Counted from the first letter of the stretch, positions 9,909 to 20,024 are shown. The stretch is DNA of 64,000 nucleotides from Candidatus Sericytochromatia bacterium (GCA_036676985.1 JAKFBU010000023.1:96001-160000), one strand, 5' to 3'. Program-made: numbers and translations. Notes: generated from the letters alone by a model not told the origin.

Positions 9909-11654
9909 ATGAAGGACAAGCACATGAACCTCAAGGCTGCGTACGCACGCTTTGAATCCCAGCTACCGCTGTTGAAGCTCCTGGTGGCCCGCGTGCTGCC
10001 GGGCTATCCCAACGGCGCCCATGCCCTGGTGGTCACCGGAGCCAGCGCACTCTGGCGCGCGAGCCTCGGCTCCGACGACTCGGGCTCCTTCGGCGAGGTG
10101 GCGGAGGCCGCCATCAACAGCGAGCTCTTGGGGCTCCTGCACTTCATGAAGCAGCCTCCCGAGCTGCCCGACGAGCTGGATCCCTACCTCGAGCGCCTGG
10201 ACGAGATGGCCAAGGCCCTGGGCACCCAGTCCACGAGCATGGCGATCGCCCCCTACCAGGGCGGCCTGGTGCAGCGGCCCTACGGCGTCGCGCCCTACCA
10301 GGAGTTCGTCATGCCGGTCTCGCCCGGCGGCTCCGAGGGGCGCCTGCTCGCGGCTCTCGGCGACATCGTGCGGCGCCGCTGGCCCCTCATCCTCTCGGTC
10401 GTGCTGTTGACCGAGGTGGCCGTGGGCGTCATGAGCGCCCGGGCGCCCAAGGTCTACAAGGCGACCGTCACCATCAACACGGGCATCGCCTCGGGTCAGC
10501 CCGTGAGCGGCACGCCCATCGACTGGTTCAAGGCGGGCGCCCTCATGGGCAACCTCACGGAGATGCTCCAGAGCCGCACCCTGCTCGAGCGCACCATCTC
10601 CAAGCTGAGCCTCGGGACCACCCCCGAGAAGCTCGGCAAGCGCCTGGACGTCGAGAAGGTCGGCCAGACGGACATGATGCGCATCTCGGCCGAGGCCAAG
10701 AGCCCGGACGAGGCGGCAGCCCTCGCCAACACCCACACCAACGAGTTCATCAACTACTACCGCCAGAGTCAGAACTCGGACGCCAAGAACGCCGACAGCT
10801 TCATCGCCCAGCAGCTGACGCTCAGCGAGCAGCGGCTCCGTCAGGCGGAGGATCGCTTGCGGTCCTTCAAGGCCACCTACGTGCCCGAGACCCAGGAGGG
10901 CGTCGCCGAGCAGCTCGCCGAGCTGCAGGAGCAAAGAGGCGAGGTGGAGCGGGCGCTCTTGGCGGCCAGGAGCGGGCTTGCGGCCGTCGAGGCCGAGATC
11001 TCGACCCTCAAGCGCGATCCCATGTTCGCCCGGGCCGTGCAGGACTCGACCGAGGTCGACACCGCCAACGAGCGGCTCAAGACCCTGCGCCAGAACCTGG
11101 AGGACGCGCGCGCCCTCTACGGCGAGTCGAGCCCGGTGGTCCAGGAGCTCAAGCGCCAGATTGGCAAGGCCTCGAATAACGTCCAGTCGACCACCCGCCA
11201 GGTGGCCGCGGCCGACCCCGCCCATGCGGACGTCATCGCCCGGCGCATCGAGCTCAAGGTCCAGATCGCCGAGCAGTCGGCCAAGCTCGGCAACCTCCAG
11301 AAGGCGATCGCCCAGATCGAGCCCCGGGTCAAGAACGCCTCGGTGGCGGACGTGACCTACAAGCAGCTGCAGCGCGAGGTCGCCATCCAGGAGACCGAGT
11401 ACCAGAAGCTGCAGGAGCGCGCCGGACAGACGCGCATGGCGGCCTCGGGCGCCTCCTTATTGCCCATCACCATCGTGGATTCGGCCGAGCCGCCCACCAA
11501 GCCCGAGAGCTCCAAGACCCTGGTCAAGCTCGCCCTGGGCGGCCTGATCGCGGCAGTGCTGGGGTTCGTCCTCGCCTACGTCCTCGAGGTCAAGCGCAAG
11601 GGTGAGGAGAGCATGGTGGAGGCCCAGATCGACGGGGAGCCGGCCTCTGCATGA
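9909..11654 (+). CDS. Polysaccharide co-polymerase (GumC/Wzc-N-like), no tyrosine-kinase domain
   Basis: RRWPLI followed by a TM helix, PKVYKATVTI, long coiled coil, ITIVDSAEPPTKP then a second TM helix. Ends shortly afterwards with no Walker A motif. Confidence 0.85.
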   Translation: MKDKHMNLKAAYARFESQLPLLKLLVARVLPGYPNGAHALVVTGASALWRASLGSDDSGSFGEVAEAAINSELLGLLHFMKQPPELPDELDPYLERLDEMAKALGTQSTSMAIAPYQGGLVQRPYGVAPYQEFVMPVSPGGSEGRLLAALGDIVRRRWPLILSVVLLTEVAVGVMSARAPKVYKATVTINTGIASGQPVSGTPIDWFKAGALMGNLTEMLQSRTLLERTISKLSLGTTPEKLGKRLDVEKVGQTDMMRISAEAKSPDEAAALANTHTNEFINYYRQSQNSDAKNADSFIAQQLTLSEQRLRQAEDRLRSFKATYVPETQEGVAEQLAELQEQRGEVERALLAARSGLAAVEAEISTLKRDPMFARAVQDSTEVDTANERLKTLRQNLEDARALYGESSPVVQELKRQIGKASNNVQSTTRQVAAADPAHADVIARRIELKVQIAEQSAKLGNLQKAIAQIEPRVKNASVADVTYKQLQREVAIQETEYQKLQERAGQTRMAASGASLLPITIVDSAEPPTKPESSKTLVKLALGGLIAAVLGFVLAYVLEVKRKGEESMVEAQIDGEPASA

Positions 11655-13123
11655 ACGCCCTACTTCGCCTCAAACGACCACCGATAGGGCTCATCAAGCC
11701 CCTCCTCGTGGTCCTGCCGTTCATCTACCTGATCGCCACGGCGGTCGCGGGCTTCGACCGGCTCAAGATGGTGCTGTTGATGGTCGCCCCCCTGATGGCT
11801 GCCATCTTCCTCAACATCGAGCTCGGCGTCTACGTCCTCTTGGGCTTCTCAACGGTGCTCATCTTCATCAAGCGCATGATGCCGAACCTGGACGCCAACC
11901 AGATCGGCCTCGCGCTGGAGGGGATGCTGCTCCTCATGGGGCTCAGGCTCCTCATCGACCTGCTCCGCGAGCAGGGCTGGGGGGCGTTCAAGACGGCCGT
12001 CACCCTGCCGCTGGTGGTGTTCGTCTGCTACCAGGTCCTCCAGGTCTTCAACCCGTTCGCGCCGAGCGTCAAGTTCGGCCTCTACGGCCTGCGCGACACG
12101 CTCCGGGTGCTCGGGGTCTTCCTCGTCCTCTACTACTTCCGGTCGAGCCTCAAGATCCGGCGCCTGACGTTCTTTTGGCTCGGGCTCTTATTGGTCGAGA
12201 GCCTCTACGGCATCTTCCAGCACCACCACGGGGTCCTCGGCCAGGAGTACAACTGGCTCATCGAGTCGGGCAGCTACCGCACGCACATCCTCAACGGCTA
12301 CATCCGGATCTTCGGCACCGTGGGGGACGCTGCGACCTACGGCTTCTTGATGATCACCGGTGCCCTGATGCTCTACGGCCTGGCGCTCTCGAGCAAGGGC
12401 TGGAAGCTGTGGGCCTTGCTCGCGCTCTCAGCACCCATGCTCTACGCCATGATCCTCAGCTACTCGCGCGGCCCCATCGTCGCGGTGGTGGCGGGGCTCG
12501 GCGCCATGCTCATCGTGAGCCGCAACTGGAAGCTCGCCATCGGCTCGGTGCTCATCGGGGCGCTGGTCGTGGGGGGGCTGGCCGCCGCCGGCAACACGCG
12601 ACTGGTCGACCGGGTCATGACGGCCACCAAGCCCGTCGAGGACGAGAGCTTCCAGGTGCGCATGGGCTACATCAACGAGTACCTGCCGCGCATCGTCGAG
12701 CGCCCCTTCGGCAGCGGCCTGTGGACGTCCGGAGCCTCGGGCCTCTCGGTCACGGGCGGCCAGCCCATCCACGGGACGACCATCGGCATCCCGACGGACA
12801 ACAACTACTTCAAGTACGGCCTCGAGATGGGCTGGGTCGGCCTCGTCCTCTTCGGATGGCTCATGGTCAGCCTGCAGGTCTCCTTGATCCGCACCTACCT
12901 GAGACTCCAGGATCCCTACCTCAAGGCCACGTGTCTGGGACTGTTCGGCGTGTTCACGGCGTACCTGATCGGGGCGTTCTCCAACGACATCTTCGTCCAG
13001 AAGCCCCTGAGCGAGTGGATGTACCTGGCCATGGGGCTGGCCCTGCTCCTGGGGCAGTCCGCCTCGCTCACCGCACCCGTGGCCTCCCGGCAGGTCTTGG
13101 AAGGAAAAGGACCGCGCCCATGA
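11651..13123 (+). CDS. Wzy polymerase / O-antigen ligase family membrane protein
   Basis: About 12 TM helices; RIFGTVGD, ILSYSRGP, SFQVRM, RPFGSG, DNNYFKYGLEMGWVGL. ATGA overlap with the upstream gene. Confidence 0.85.
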   Translation: MNALLRLKRPPIGLIKPLLVVLPFIYLIATAVAGFDRLKMVLLMVAPLMAAIFLNIELGVYVLLGFSTVLIFIKRMMPNLDANQIGLALEGMLLLMGLRLLIDLLREQGWGAFKTAVTLPLVVFVCYQVLQVFNPFAPSVKFGLYGLRDTLRVLGVFLVLYYFRSSLKIRRLTFFWLGLLLVESLYGIFQHHHGVLGQEYNWLIESGSYRTHILNGYIRIFGTVGDAATYGFLMITGALMLYGLALSSKGWKLWALLALSAPMLYAMILSYSRGPIVAVVAGLGAMLIVSRNWKLAIGSVLIGALVVGGLAAAGNTRLVDRVMTATKPVEDESFQVRMGYINEYLPRIVERPFGSGLWTSGASGLSVTGGQPIHGTTIGIPTDNNYFKYGLEMGWVGLVLFGWLMVSLQVSLIRTYLRLQDPYLKATCLGLFGVFTAYLIGAFSNDIFVQKPLSEWMYLAMGLALLLGQSASLTAPVASRQVLEGKGPRP

Positions 13124-14286
13124 AAGTCACGCTGATCGCCTCCGACGAAACGAGCGCTCCGCTCTACCGGGTCCGCCTGCTCGCTCGGATGCTCGCCCGG
13201 CGCTTCGAGGTGGAGGTCGTGGGCTTCCACTTCAAGCCGGACGAGATCGATCCGGTCGCCCCGCGCGACTTCCCGTATCGGGGGATCGCCGCCCGCCCGT
13301 GGCCGGGCTTCTGGGAGGACGCCCGGAAGCTCGCCCGATCCGTCACGGGCGACCTGATCTACGCCATGAAGCCCCGGCCCACCTCCTACGGCGTCTCCCT
13401 GGCGCTGCGGGCCGCCACCGGCAAGCCCGTGGTGGTGGACGTGGACGACTGGGAGCCCTACATGATCCACCCCTACTCCAAGTACGCGCTCAAGAACGCG
13501 GCCTACGCCCTGCCGCGGCTGAAGGAGCCCAACAACTACCTTGCCACCCGGCTCATGGACCTCTTGATCGGCCGGGCCGACGGCGTCACGACCGTCTCGA
13601 GCCACTTCCAGAAGCGCTACGGAGGGATCCTGGCCCCGCAGTACGTGGACACCGAGCGCTTCGACCCGGCGCGCTATGCCCGCGAGGCCCTGCGCCAGCG
13701 CTACGAGCTGGACGGCCTCATGGTCTCGGTGTTCGCGGGCATCGCCCAGCCCAACAAGGGCGTGGGCGAGATCCTGGCCGCGTTCCGGAGGCTCGGCGAT
13801 CGCCGGGACTGGCGGCTCGTCGTGGTGGGGCCCAGGACCCCTTACGCCCAGGAGCTCGCCGCCCAGGACGACCGGGTGGTCCTCCTCGGCACCCAGCCGC
13901 CCCAGGAGGCCCCGGCCTTCCTCAGCATGGCGGACCTGGTGGTGCTGCCCCAGCGCAAGGAGCCCGCCTCCGCCGGCCAGATGCCCATGAAGCTCTTCGA
14001 GGCCATGGCCATGGCGCAGCCCGTCGTCTCGACGGCCGTCTCGGACATCCCGAGCCTCTTGGCGGGCTGCGGCCACGTGGTGCCGCCGGGCGACCCGGAC
14101 GCGCTCGCCCGGGCCATCGGTGAGCTGCTCGACAACCCGGGCCATGCCAAGGAGCTCGGCGCCAGGGCGCGCCGCCGCATCCTCGAGCGCTACAGCTACG
14201 ACTGCGGCGCCCAGGAGCTCGGGGACTACTTCGAGGCCATTGCGAGCCGGGGGATGGCGCCCGCCCTGGGAGGTCGCCCATGCTGA
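13120..14286 (+). CDS. GT4 family glycosyltransferase
   Basis: Start at ATG 13120 (ATGA overlap). VDTERFDP, KGVGEIL, ADLVVLP, PMKLFEAMAMAQPVVSTAVSDIP. Confidence 0.92.
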   Translation: MKVTLIASDETSAPLYRVRLLARMLARRFEVEVVGFHFKPDEIDPVAPRDFPYRGIAARPWPGFWEDARKLARSVTGDLIYAMKPRPTSYGVSLALRAATGKPVVVDVDDWEPYMIHPYSKYALKNAAYALPRLKEPNNYLATRLMDLLIGRADGVTTVSSHFQKRYGGILAPQYVDTERFDPARYAREALRQRYELDGLMVSVFAGIAQPNKGVGEILAAFRRLGDRRDWRLVVVGPRTPYAQELAAQDDRVVLLGTQPPQEAPAFLSMADLVVLPQRKEPASAGQMPMKLFEAMAMAQPVVSTAVSDIPSLLAGCGHVVPPGDPDALARAIGELLDNPGHAKELGARARRRILERYSYDCGAQELGDYFEAIASRGMAPALGGRPC

Positions 14287-15521
14287 GGGATCACGACATC
14301 GTCTGCCTGTCCATCACGCCCTGGGAGACCACCCTGCCCTCCTCGGGGCACTACCTGATGCGCGAGTTCGCGCGGCACAATCGGGTGCTGTTCGTGGACC
14401 ACCCGCTCACGCTCAAGGACTGCTGGACCTTTCGCAAGGACCCGGGCTCGGCCGAGCGTCTCAAGCGCACGTTCCGCCAGGCTCCGATCCTGCGCCGGGT
14501 GCCGGATGCCGAGCGCGAGATCTGGGTGCTCACGCCGCCCCCCATCCTGCCCAACGGCCTACCCACCGCCCTCTACGAGGTGGGGCTCAAGGCCTGCAGC
14601 TCGATGGTGGCGCGCTGCATCCGGCAGGCCATGCAGCGGATCGGCATGAAGCGCGTCCTGTACTGGGTCTCCTTCGACGTGCCCCTGGGCACCCGGCTGG
14701 TGGGCAAGCTCGGTGAGCGCATGGTGGTCTACCACTGCTTCGACGAGATCGCGGCCGAGCCCTACATCGCGCGGCATGGCAGCCGGCTCGAGCCCGAGCT
14801 GATGGCCAAGAGCGACGTGGTCTTCACGACGTCGCTCGGGCTGCAGCAGTCGCGGGCGGGACATCACCCGCACTGCCACTTCGTGCCGAACGGCGTGGAC
14901 TTCGGCCACTACGCCAAGGCCCTCGACCCGCACACCATGGTGCCCGACGACCTGGCGGCCATCCCGGGGCCCGTGGTGGGCTACCTCGGCAACTTCGAGA
15001 GCCGGATCGACTTCGAGCTCCTGGAGGGCATCGCGGCGGCTCGCCCGGACTGGTCCCTCGCGCTGGTGGGGCCCTCCAGGGGCATGTACACCCAGAAGCT
15101 AAGGGCGCTCGCCCGGTACCCCAACGTGCACGTGCTCGGGCCCAAGCCCGCGAGCGAGGGGCCGGGGTACCTCAAGGGCTTCGACGTGGGGCTCATCCCC
15201 TTCGTGCAGTCCGATCAGACCCGCGCCATCTATCCCTTGAAGCTCAACGAGTACCTGGCCGCCGGGCGCCCGGTGGTCAAGACGCCCTTCGCGCCGTTGC
15301 CCGAGTTCGAGGGCGTCACGTGGACCGCCGACGGGGTCTACGAGACGGTCCGCGCCATCGAGGAGGCCCTCGCCTCCCACCACCCCGAGGCGGTGCACGC
15401 GCGCCTGGAGCTCGCCAAGCACCACGACTGGGACGAGCGCGCCCAGGCCATGGGCCGCATCCTCGTCGATCGCCTGATTGCCCAGAATGCCCAGATGGTT
15501 TCAGGAGGGACTTCACGATGA
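14280..15521 (+). CDS. GT-B glycosyltransferase (TuaH-like)
   Basis: VYHCFDE, VPNGVDF, FDVGLIPF, PLKLNEYLAAGRPVV, HDWDERA. Confidence 0.9.
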   Translation: MLRDHDIVCLSITPWETTLPSSGHYLMREFARHNRVLFVDHPLTLKDCWTFRKDPGSAERLKRTFRQAPILRRVPDAEREIWVLTPPPILPNGLPTALYEVGLKACSSMVARCIRQAMQRIGMKRVLYWVSFDVPLGTRLVGKLGERMVVYHCFDEIAAEPYIARHGSRLEPELMAKSDVVFTTSLGLQQSRAGHHPHCHFVPNGVDFGHYAKALDPHTMVPDDLAAIPGPVVGYLGNFESRIDFELLEGIAAARPDWSLALVGPSRGMYTQKLRALARYPNVHVLGPKPASEGPGYLKGFDVGLIPFVQSDQTRAIYPLKLNEYLAAGRPVVKTPFAPLPEFEGVTWTADGVYETVRAIEEALASHHPEAVHARLELAKHHDWDERAQAMGRILVDRLIAQNAQMVSGGTSR

Positions 15522-16384
15522 GCCTGCCGTTGCTGTCCATCATCGTCGTCAACTGGAACACCCGCGAGGTGCTGCGGCGCTGCCTGGAGAGCGTCCAGCA
15601 GGAGACGCTCACGCCCTACGAGCTGTGGGTGGTCGACAACGGCTCGACCGACGGCAGCCCGGAGATGGTGGCGGCAGATTTCCCCGACGTCCACCTGATC
15701 GCCAACCACGAGAACCTGGGCTTCGCCGCGGCCAACAACCAGGCGCTCCTGCAGGCCAAGGGACGTTACCACCTCTTGCTCAACTCGGACACCGTCGTCT
15801 TGGACCATGCCCTCGATCGCATGGTCGCCTTCTTGGAGAATCGCCCCGAGGTGGGCGCCCTCGGCAGCAAGCTATTGAACGCCGACTACACGCTGCAGCC
15901 CTCGGCGCACAACTTCTACAGCACGCTGGGCTCCTTGGTCGAGAACAACCTGGTCCGGCTCTTCTGGAAGCAGAAGAAGGCCAACACCCGCTTCTTGACC
16001 TTCTGGGACCACTCGAGCACCCGTCCGGTCGACTGGGTGACGGGCGCCTGCCTCATGGTGCGGCAAGAGATCACGGAGACGGTGGGGCTCTTGGACGAGA
16101 GCTTCTTCATGTACGGCGAGGAGATCGACTGGCAGATGCGCATGGCCAAGGCCGGCTTCCCGGTCTGGTACCTGCACTCGGCCGAGATCATCCACCTGGG
16201 CGGAGCGAGCTCCGCGCGCATCCCCGAGCGCATGCGCCGCCAGGAGTACCTGAGTCGCAAGATCCTCATCGACAAGCACTACGGGCGGGTCACGCGCGCC
16301 ATCTTCCACGCCAAGACGGCGCTCGGAATCGCCTTCTGGCAGACGCTCAACGGCCTGAGGGGACGCAAGGTCTCTTGGGGCTAA
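15518..16384 (+). CDS. GT2 family glycosyltransferase (WbbL/rhamnosyltransferase-like)
   Basis: Start at ATG 15518 after GGAGG. SIIVVNWN, VVDNGSTDGS, NLGFAAANN, LLLNSD, VDWVTGAC, FFMYGEEID. Confidence 0.92.
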   Translation: MSLPLLSIIVVNWNTREVLRRCLESVQQETLTPYELWVVDNGSTDGSPEMVAADFPDVHLIANHENLGFAAANNQALLQAKGRYHLLLNSDTVVLDHALDRMVAFLENRPEVGALGSKLLNADYTLQPSAHNFYSTLGSLVENNLVRLFWKQKKANTRFLTFWDHSSTRPVDWVTGACLMVRQEITETVGLLDESFFMYGEEIDWQMRMAKAGFPVWYLHSAEIIHLGGASSARIPERMRRQEYLSRKILIDKHYGRVTRAIFHAKTALGIAFWQTLNGLRGRKVSWG

Positions 16385-16397
16385 CGCCCAGCCCTCC

Positions 16398-16424
16398 GGC
16401 CTGGCTTTTCGCCAGGCCTTTTTT
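16398..16424 (+). terminator. Intrinsic terminator of the EPS operon
   Basis: ggcctggc-ttttc-gccaggcc followed by TTTTTT. Confidence 0.85.
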
Positions 16425-16435
16425 CGTCGCCGGAG

Positions 16436-16464
16436 TTGCTAACTAACGTTCGTTAGTTTAATCT
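16436..16464 (+). promoter_or_regulatory. Promoter with palindromic operator (probable TetR autoregulation site)
   Basis: TTGCTA-17 nt-TAATCT, with perfect inverted repeat AACTAACG-tt-CGTTAGTT (16441-16458) filling the spacer. Confidence 0.75.
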
Positions 16465-16500
16465 GGCTTTCGGGTAGGCTACCCCTAGGAGGTCGTCCGC

Positions 16501-17127
16501 ATGTCCGCCGTCTCACCCCGCATCCCGACCAAGCAACGTCTCTTCGAGACGGCCGTCGAGCTCTTCTCCCGCGACGGGTACAGCGGCGTCTCCGTGCGCG
16601 ACCTGGTGGGAGCCGTCGGCATCAAGGAGAGCTCGTTCTACAACCACTTCAAGAGCAAGGACGACGTGCTGGTCGCCATCTACGACCACTTCCGGGACCA
16701 GATGGCGCAGCTGGCTCCGCCCGAGGGCCTGCAAGAGCGTCTCGCGGCGATCCCACCCGAGACCGTGCTCGCCGCCGGCCTGCAGCGCTTCATGGAGGTC
16801 GCCGACACCCCGCTCATGACCCGCATCTACCGGATCATCGTCGTCGAGCAGTTCCGGGACCCGCGGGCCCGCGACCTCATGCTCGGCCTCTACGAGGCTC
16901 CGCTCGCCCAGATGCAGGGCCTCTTCGCGGGGATGGCCGCCGGGCGCCCGGAGCTTGCCCGCCAGCTCGCCACGTCCTACCAGTACGCGCTCCACGCGCT
17001 GGTCGCCGAGTTCAGCCTGCTCAAGCAGTACGACGCCGACACCGTGCCCGTGCAGGCGCGCCTCCAGGCCCACATCAACCTCTTCGGACACCTCACGGCT
17101 GCTATCACGGGAGGAACGACCCTATGA
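16501..17127 (+). CDS. TetR/AcrR family transcriptional regulator
   Basis: TKQRLFETAVELFSRDGYSGVSVRDLVGAVGIKESSFYNHFKSKDDVL; RBS AGGAGG. Confidence 0.95.
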   Translation: MSAVSPRIPTKQRLFETAVELFSRDGYSGVSVRDLVGAVGIKESSFYNHFKSKDDVLVAIYDHFRDQMAQLAPPEGLQERLAAIPPETVLAAGLQRFMEVADTPLMTRIYRIIVVEQFRDPRARDLMLGLYEAPLAQMQGLFAGMAAGRPELARQLATSYQYALHALVAEFSLLKQYDADTVPVQARLQAHINLFGHLTAAITGGTTL

Positions 17128-18068
17128 CCCGCACGACCCGCCTGACCTCGATCGCCGTCGGTCTGGCCGCCCTGTTCGCCCAACCGGCGCGCGCCGAGGT
17201 CGCCTCCATCTACCTCACGCCCGCCAACGAGGCCAAGATCATGGCCCTCTACGACGCGAAGCTCGCCAAGTGGCCTGTCCCTTACGAGTCGGTCTCCGTG
17301 CCCACCCGATACGGCCGCACCCACGTCCTCGCGTCCGGGCCCAAGGAGGCTCCGCCCTTGCTCCTGCTCCACGCCATGGGGGTCACGGGAACCATGTGGC
17401 AGCCCAACGTCGAAGCCCTCAGCCGGGACTTCCGGGTGTACGCGGTGGACACCATCGGAGACCTGGGCAAGAGCACGCTCGACGACCTCTCCAAGTACCC
17501 CAGCGACAGCAAGGCCTATAGCGCCTGGCTCGGCGACGTCCTCGACGGGCTCGGGCTAGCCCAAGCCAACGTCGTCGGCGCCTCCATGGGGGGCTGGATC
17601 GCCATGAACCTGACGCGCGACCTGCCCCAACGCGTCCGGCGGCTGGCGCTGGTCGGCCCCATGGGGCTCAACTCCGCGTGGGACGTGCTGTTCCGCATGA
17701 GCTGGTTGGTGCTCTTCCCCACCAAGGGCAACAAGGACGGCTTCACGCGCTGGGTGCTGGGCGACAACCCGGTCGTCTACGACGCCTTCGGCGAATACAT
17801 GAACACGGCCCTCGATTGCCGGATGAAGCTCGGCACCCCCACGGTCCTCAAGGACGAGGAGCTGGCCCAGGTCAGGGTCCCGACGCTCGTCTTGCTGGGG
17901 GGCAAGGATTCGACCATCGGCGACGCCCAAAAGGCCGCCGAGCGCGCCAAGCGCCACATGCCCCAGGCCGAGACGGAGATCTTTCCCGCGTCGGGGCACC
18001 TGATCAACACCGAGCACCCGGCAGAGGTCAGCGAGCGCCTCCGGGGCTTCTTCCGGGCGGGATCCTAG
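17124..18068 (+). CDS. Exported alpha/beta hydrolase (carboxylesterase-like)
   Basis: Signal peptide ending ARA; LLLLHAMG; nucleophile elbow GASMGG; GGKD; SGHLINTEHP. Confidence 0.9.
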   Translation: MTRTTRLTSIAVGLAALFAQPARAEVASIYLTPANEAKIMALYDAKLAKWPVPYESVSVPTRYGRTHVLASGPKEAPPLLLLHAMGVTGTMWQPNVEALSRDFRVYAVDTIGDLGKSTLDDLSKYPSDSKAYSAWLGDVLDGLGLAQANVVGASMGGWIAMNLTRDLPQRVRRLALVGPMGLNSAWDVLFRMSWLVLFPTKGNKDGFTRWVLGDNPVVYDAFGEYMNTALDCRMKLGTPTVLKDEELAQVRVPTLVLLGGKDSTIGDAQKAAERAKRHMPQAETEIFPASGHLINTEHPAEVSERLRGFFRAGS

Positions 18069-18192
18069 GCCGGAGCGAGTCCGCGGGCGCTTGCGGCCCG
18101 CGGGCTCCAATAAGCAGGCGAGCATGAAGCGGCAAGACGGTGTAAACTAAAGGGGTTTGCCCTGATGCGACCCCAACAAGGAGGGCTCCGCC

Positions 18193-19983
18193 TTGACCCA
18201 GACCGTTCAGAAGCCTTCGGCTCGCGCCAACGCCGGCGCGACCTTCGATTTGACCGCGCTCGAGACGTCCATCCGCGAGTTCAACCAGCGCGGCCAGGTG
18301 GGCGCCGATCCCGTGACCGCCCTGTACCAGAGCCGCCGCAGCGCCTGGTCGCTGTTCTCGCTCGGCCTGCGCGACGAGGAGATCGAGGCGCTTCGCTCCT
18401 ACCTCTTCCCCTACACCAAGCTGCCCGCGAGCACCGCGGACGCGCCCATCCCGACCCGCAACTTCATCGCGGGCGAGTGGCGCCTGCCCTCCAACGGCAA
18501 GCTCGTCACGCTGAACACCCTGTGGGACGACCGGATCCCCTTCGCCCAGGTGCCCGACAGCCAGCCCGAGGACGTGGAGCTCGCCGTCGCCTACGCCCAT
18601 GACTTCTGGAAGAGCCTGGAGTGGACCGAGGAGACGGTCCAGTACCGCAAGTTCGTCGTCAACAACTTCAGCCGCATCCTCGAGTACTACTACGAAGAGG
18701 TCATGGCCGAGATCCGGCACGAGATCCCCAAGACTCGCCTCGAGGGCGACAAGGACTACTGGGAGGCCAAGCGCGCGGCCGATCACATCGGCGGCAACGC
18801 GGACAAGGGCATGCTCGGCGAGTGGCTGCCCAACCAGGTAGACGGCCACTCCTACTGGAAGAACCCGTACCTCCCGGCGGGCGTGGTGGCGCTGGTGACG
18901 CCCATGAACTTCATCTACGGCATCCCCGTGATCCAGCTCATCGGCGCCTACATGGCCAACGCCCCGCTCATCTTCAAGGGCCACCCCTACGGAGCCGTCT
19001 CGAGCACCGTCATGATCCGCATGCTGCTCGCCGCGGGCGCCGATCCGCGCGCCGTCCAGAAGCTCGAGGGCTTCGGCGCGGGCATCTCGACCTTGGGCAC
19101 CGACGAGCGCGTCGCCGTCGTGTCGCTGACGGGCTCGGAGCACACGGCCCGCAAGATCCAGGAAGGCCGCGGCATCCGCACCCTCAAGTTCGAGGGCGGC
19201 GGCTGCAACTGGGCCTGGATCGACGACGGCTACTCGGACGAGGAGCTCCAGAAGATCGCCGTGCGGCTCACCTACAGCAAGCTCGGCTTCAGCTCGCACA
19301 AGTGCACGACCCTGCACGGCATCGCGGCCTCGCCCGCGACCCTCGCCAAGGTCATGGGCTACGTCAACGCCGAGATGGACACCTGGGAGATCCTGAACCC
19401 CGCCTTCACGGACAAGACCAAGGTGATCGGCCCCAACATGGTCCACAAGGCCCAGACCGTCACCAACATCCAGGAGGGCGCCAAGCAGGCCGGCCTCAAG
19501 ATCCTGCGCGAAGGCGGCAAGGTCTCGGGCAGCGCCTGCGGCTACAACGTGGCTTCGGACTACGCGGACCACTCCGAGGTCATCGCGCCGGTGATCGTCC
19601 AGGTCACGCCGGACGCCATGGTCACGGCGGACTGGGACGGCAAGGGCGAGCAGACGTTCCCCATCGCCACCACCGAGTTCTTCATGCCCATCCTCTGCGC
19701 CATGGAGATGGCGTCCTTCGAGGACTTCCTGCGGTTCTGCCTGATCACCAACCCGCACGACCTCGCCTGCTCCATCTGGACCCGCGACGATCGCAAGCTC
19801 CAGAAGGCCCGCAAGGTCATCGGCGGCATGCTCAAGGAGAATGACGGCACCGACTCGGCCCTCGAGTGGGAGGAGTTTGGCGCGTCGGGCATCGGCGGCT
19901 CCGGGAACACCGGCGTGGGCGATGCGGCGGCCACCATCGCCATGTTCTGCCGGCGCCAGAAGGGCCGTCACCTGGTCTTCTAG
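18193..19983 (+). CDS. Aldehyde dehydrogenase family protein, atypical (possibly glutamate-semialdehyde/P5C dehydrogenase)
   Basis: NFIAGEW, TPMNF, SLTGSEHTARKI, catalytic Glu in FEGGGCN, Cys in HKCTT, EFFMPIL, FGASGIGGSGNTG. Confidence 0.85.
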   Translation: MTQTVQKPSARANAGATFDLTALETSIREFNQRGQVGADPVTALYQSRRSAWSLFSLGLRDEEIEALRSYLFPYTKLPASTADAPIPTRNFIAGEWRLPSNGKLVTLNTLWDDRIPFAQVPDSQPEDVELAVAYAHDFWKSLEWTEETVQYRKFVVNNFSRILEYYYEEVMAEIRHEIPKTRLEGDKDYWEAKRAADHIGGNADKGMLGEWLPNQVDGHSYWKNPYLPAGVVALVTPMNFIYGIPVIQLIGAYMANAPLIFKGHPYGAVSSTVMIRMLLAAGADPRAVQKLEGFGAGISTLGTDERVAVVSLTGSEHTARKIQEGRGIRTLKFEGGGCNWAWIDDGYSDEELQKIAVRLTYSKLGFSSHKCTTLHGIAASPATLAKVMGYVNAEMDTWEILNPAFTDKTKVIGPNMVHKAQTVTNIQEGAKQAGLKILREGGKVSGSACGYNVASDYADHSEVIAPVIVQVTPDAMVTADWDGKGEQTFPIATTEFFMPILCAMEMASFEDFLRFCLITNPHDLACSIWTRDDRKLQKARKVIGGMLKENDGTDSALEWEEFGASGIGGSGNTGVGDAAATIAMFCRRQKGRHLVF

Positions 19984-19999
19984 GCCCGAGACCTCGCGA

Positions 20000-20024
20000 G
20001 GGGGCGCCCGATGGGCGCCCCCTT
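20000..20024 (+). terminator. Hairpin after the ALDH gene
   Basis: gggggcgccc-gat-gggcgccccc-tt. Confidence 0.55.

Noticed and set aside
11602-13119. 894-aa ORF appearing to extend the GT4 gene
   Set aside because: The upstream part is an off-frame read-through of the Wzy gene; the real start is the ATGA overlap at 13120.
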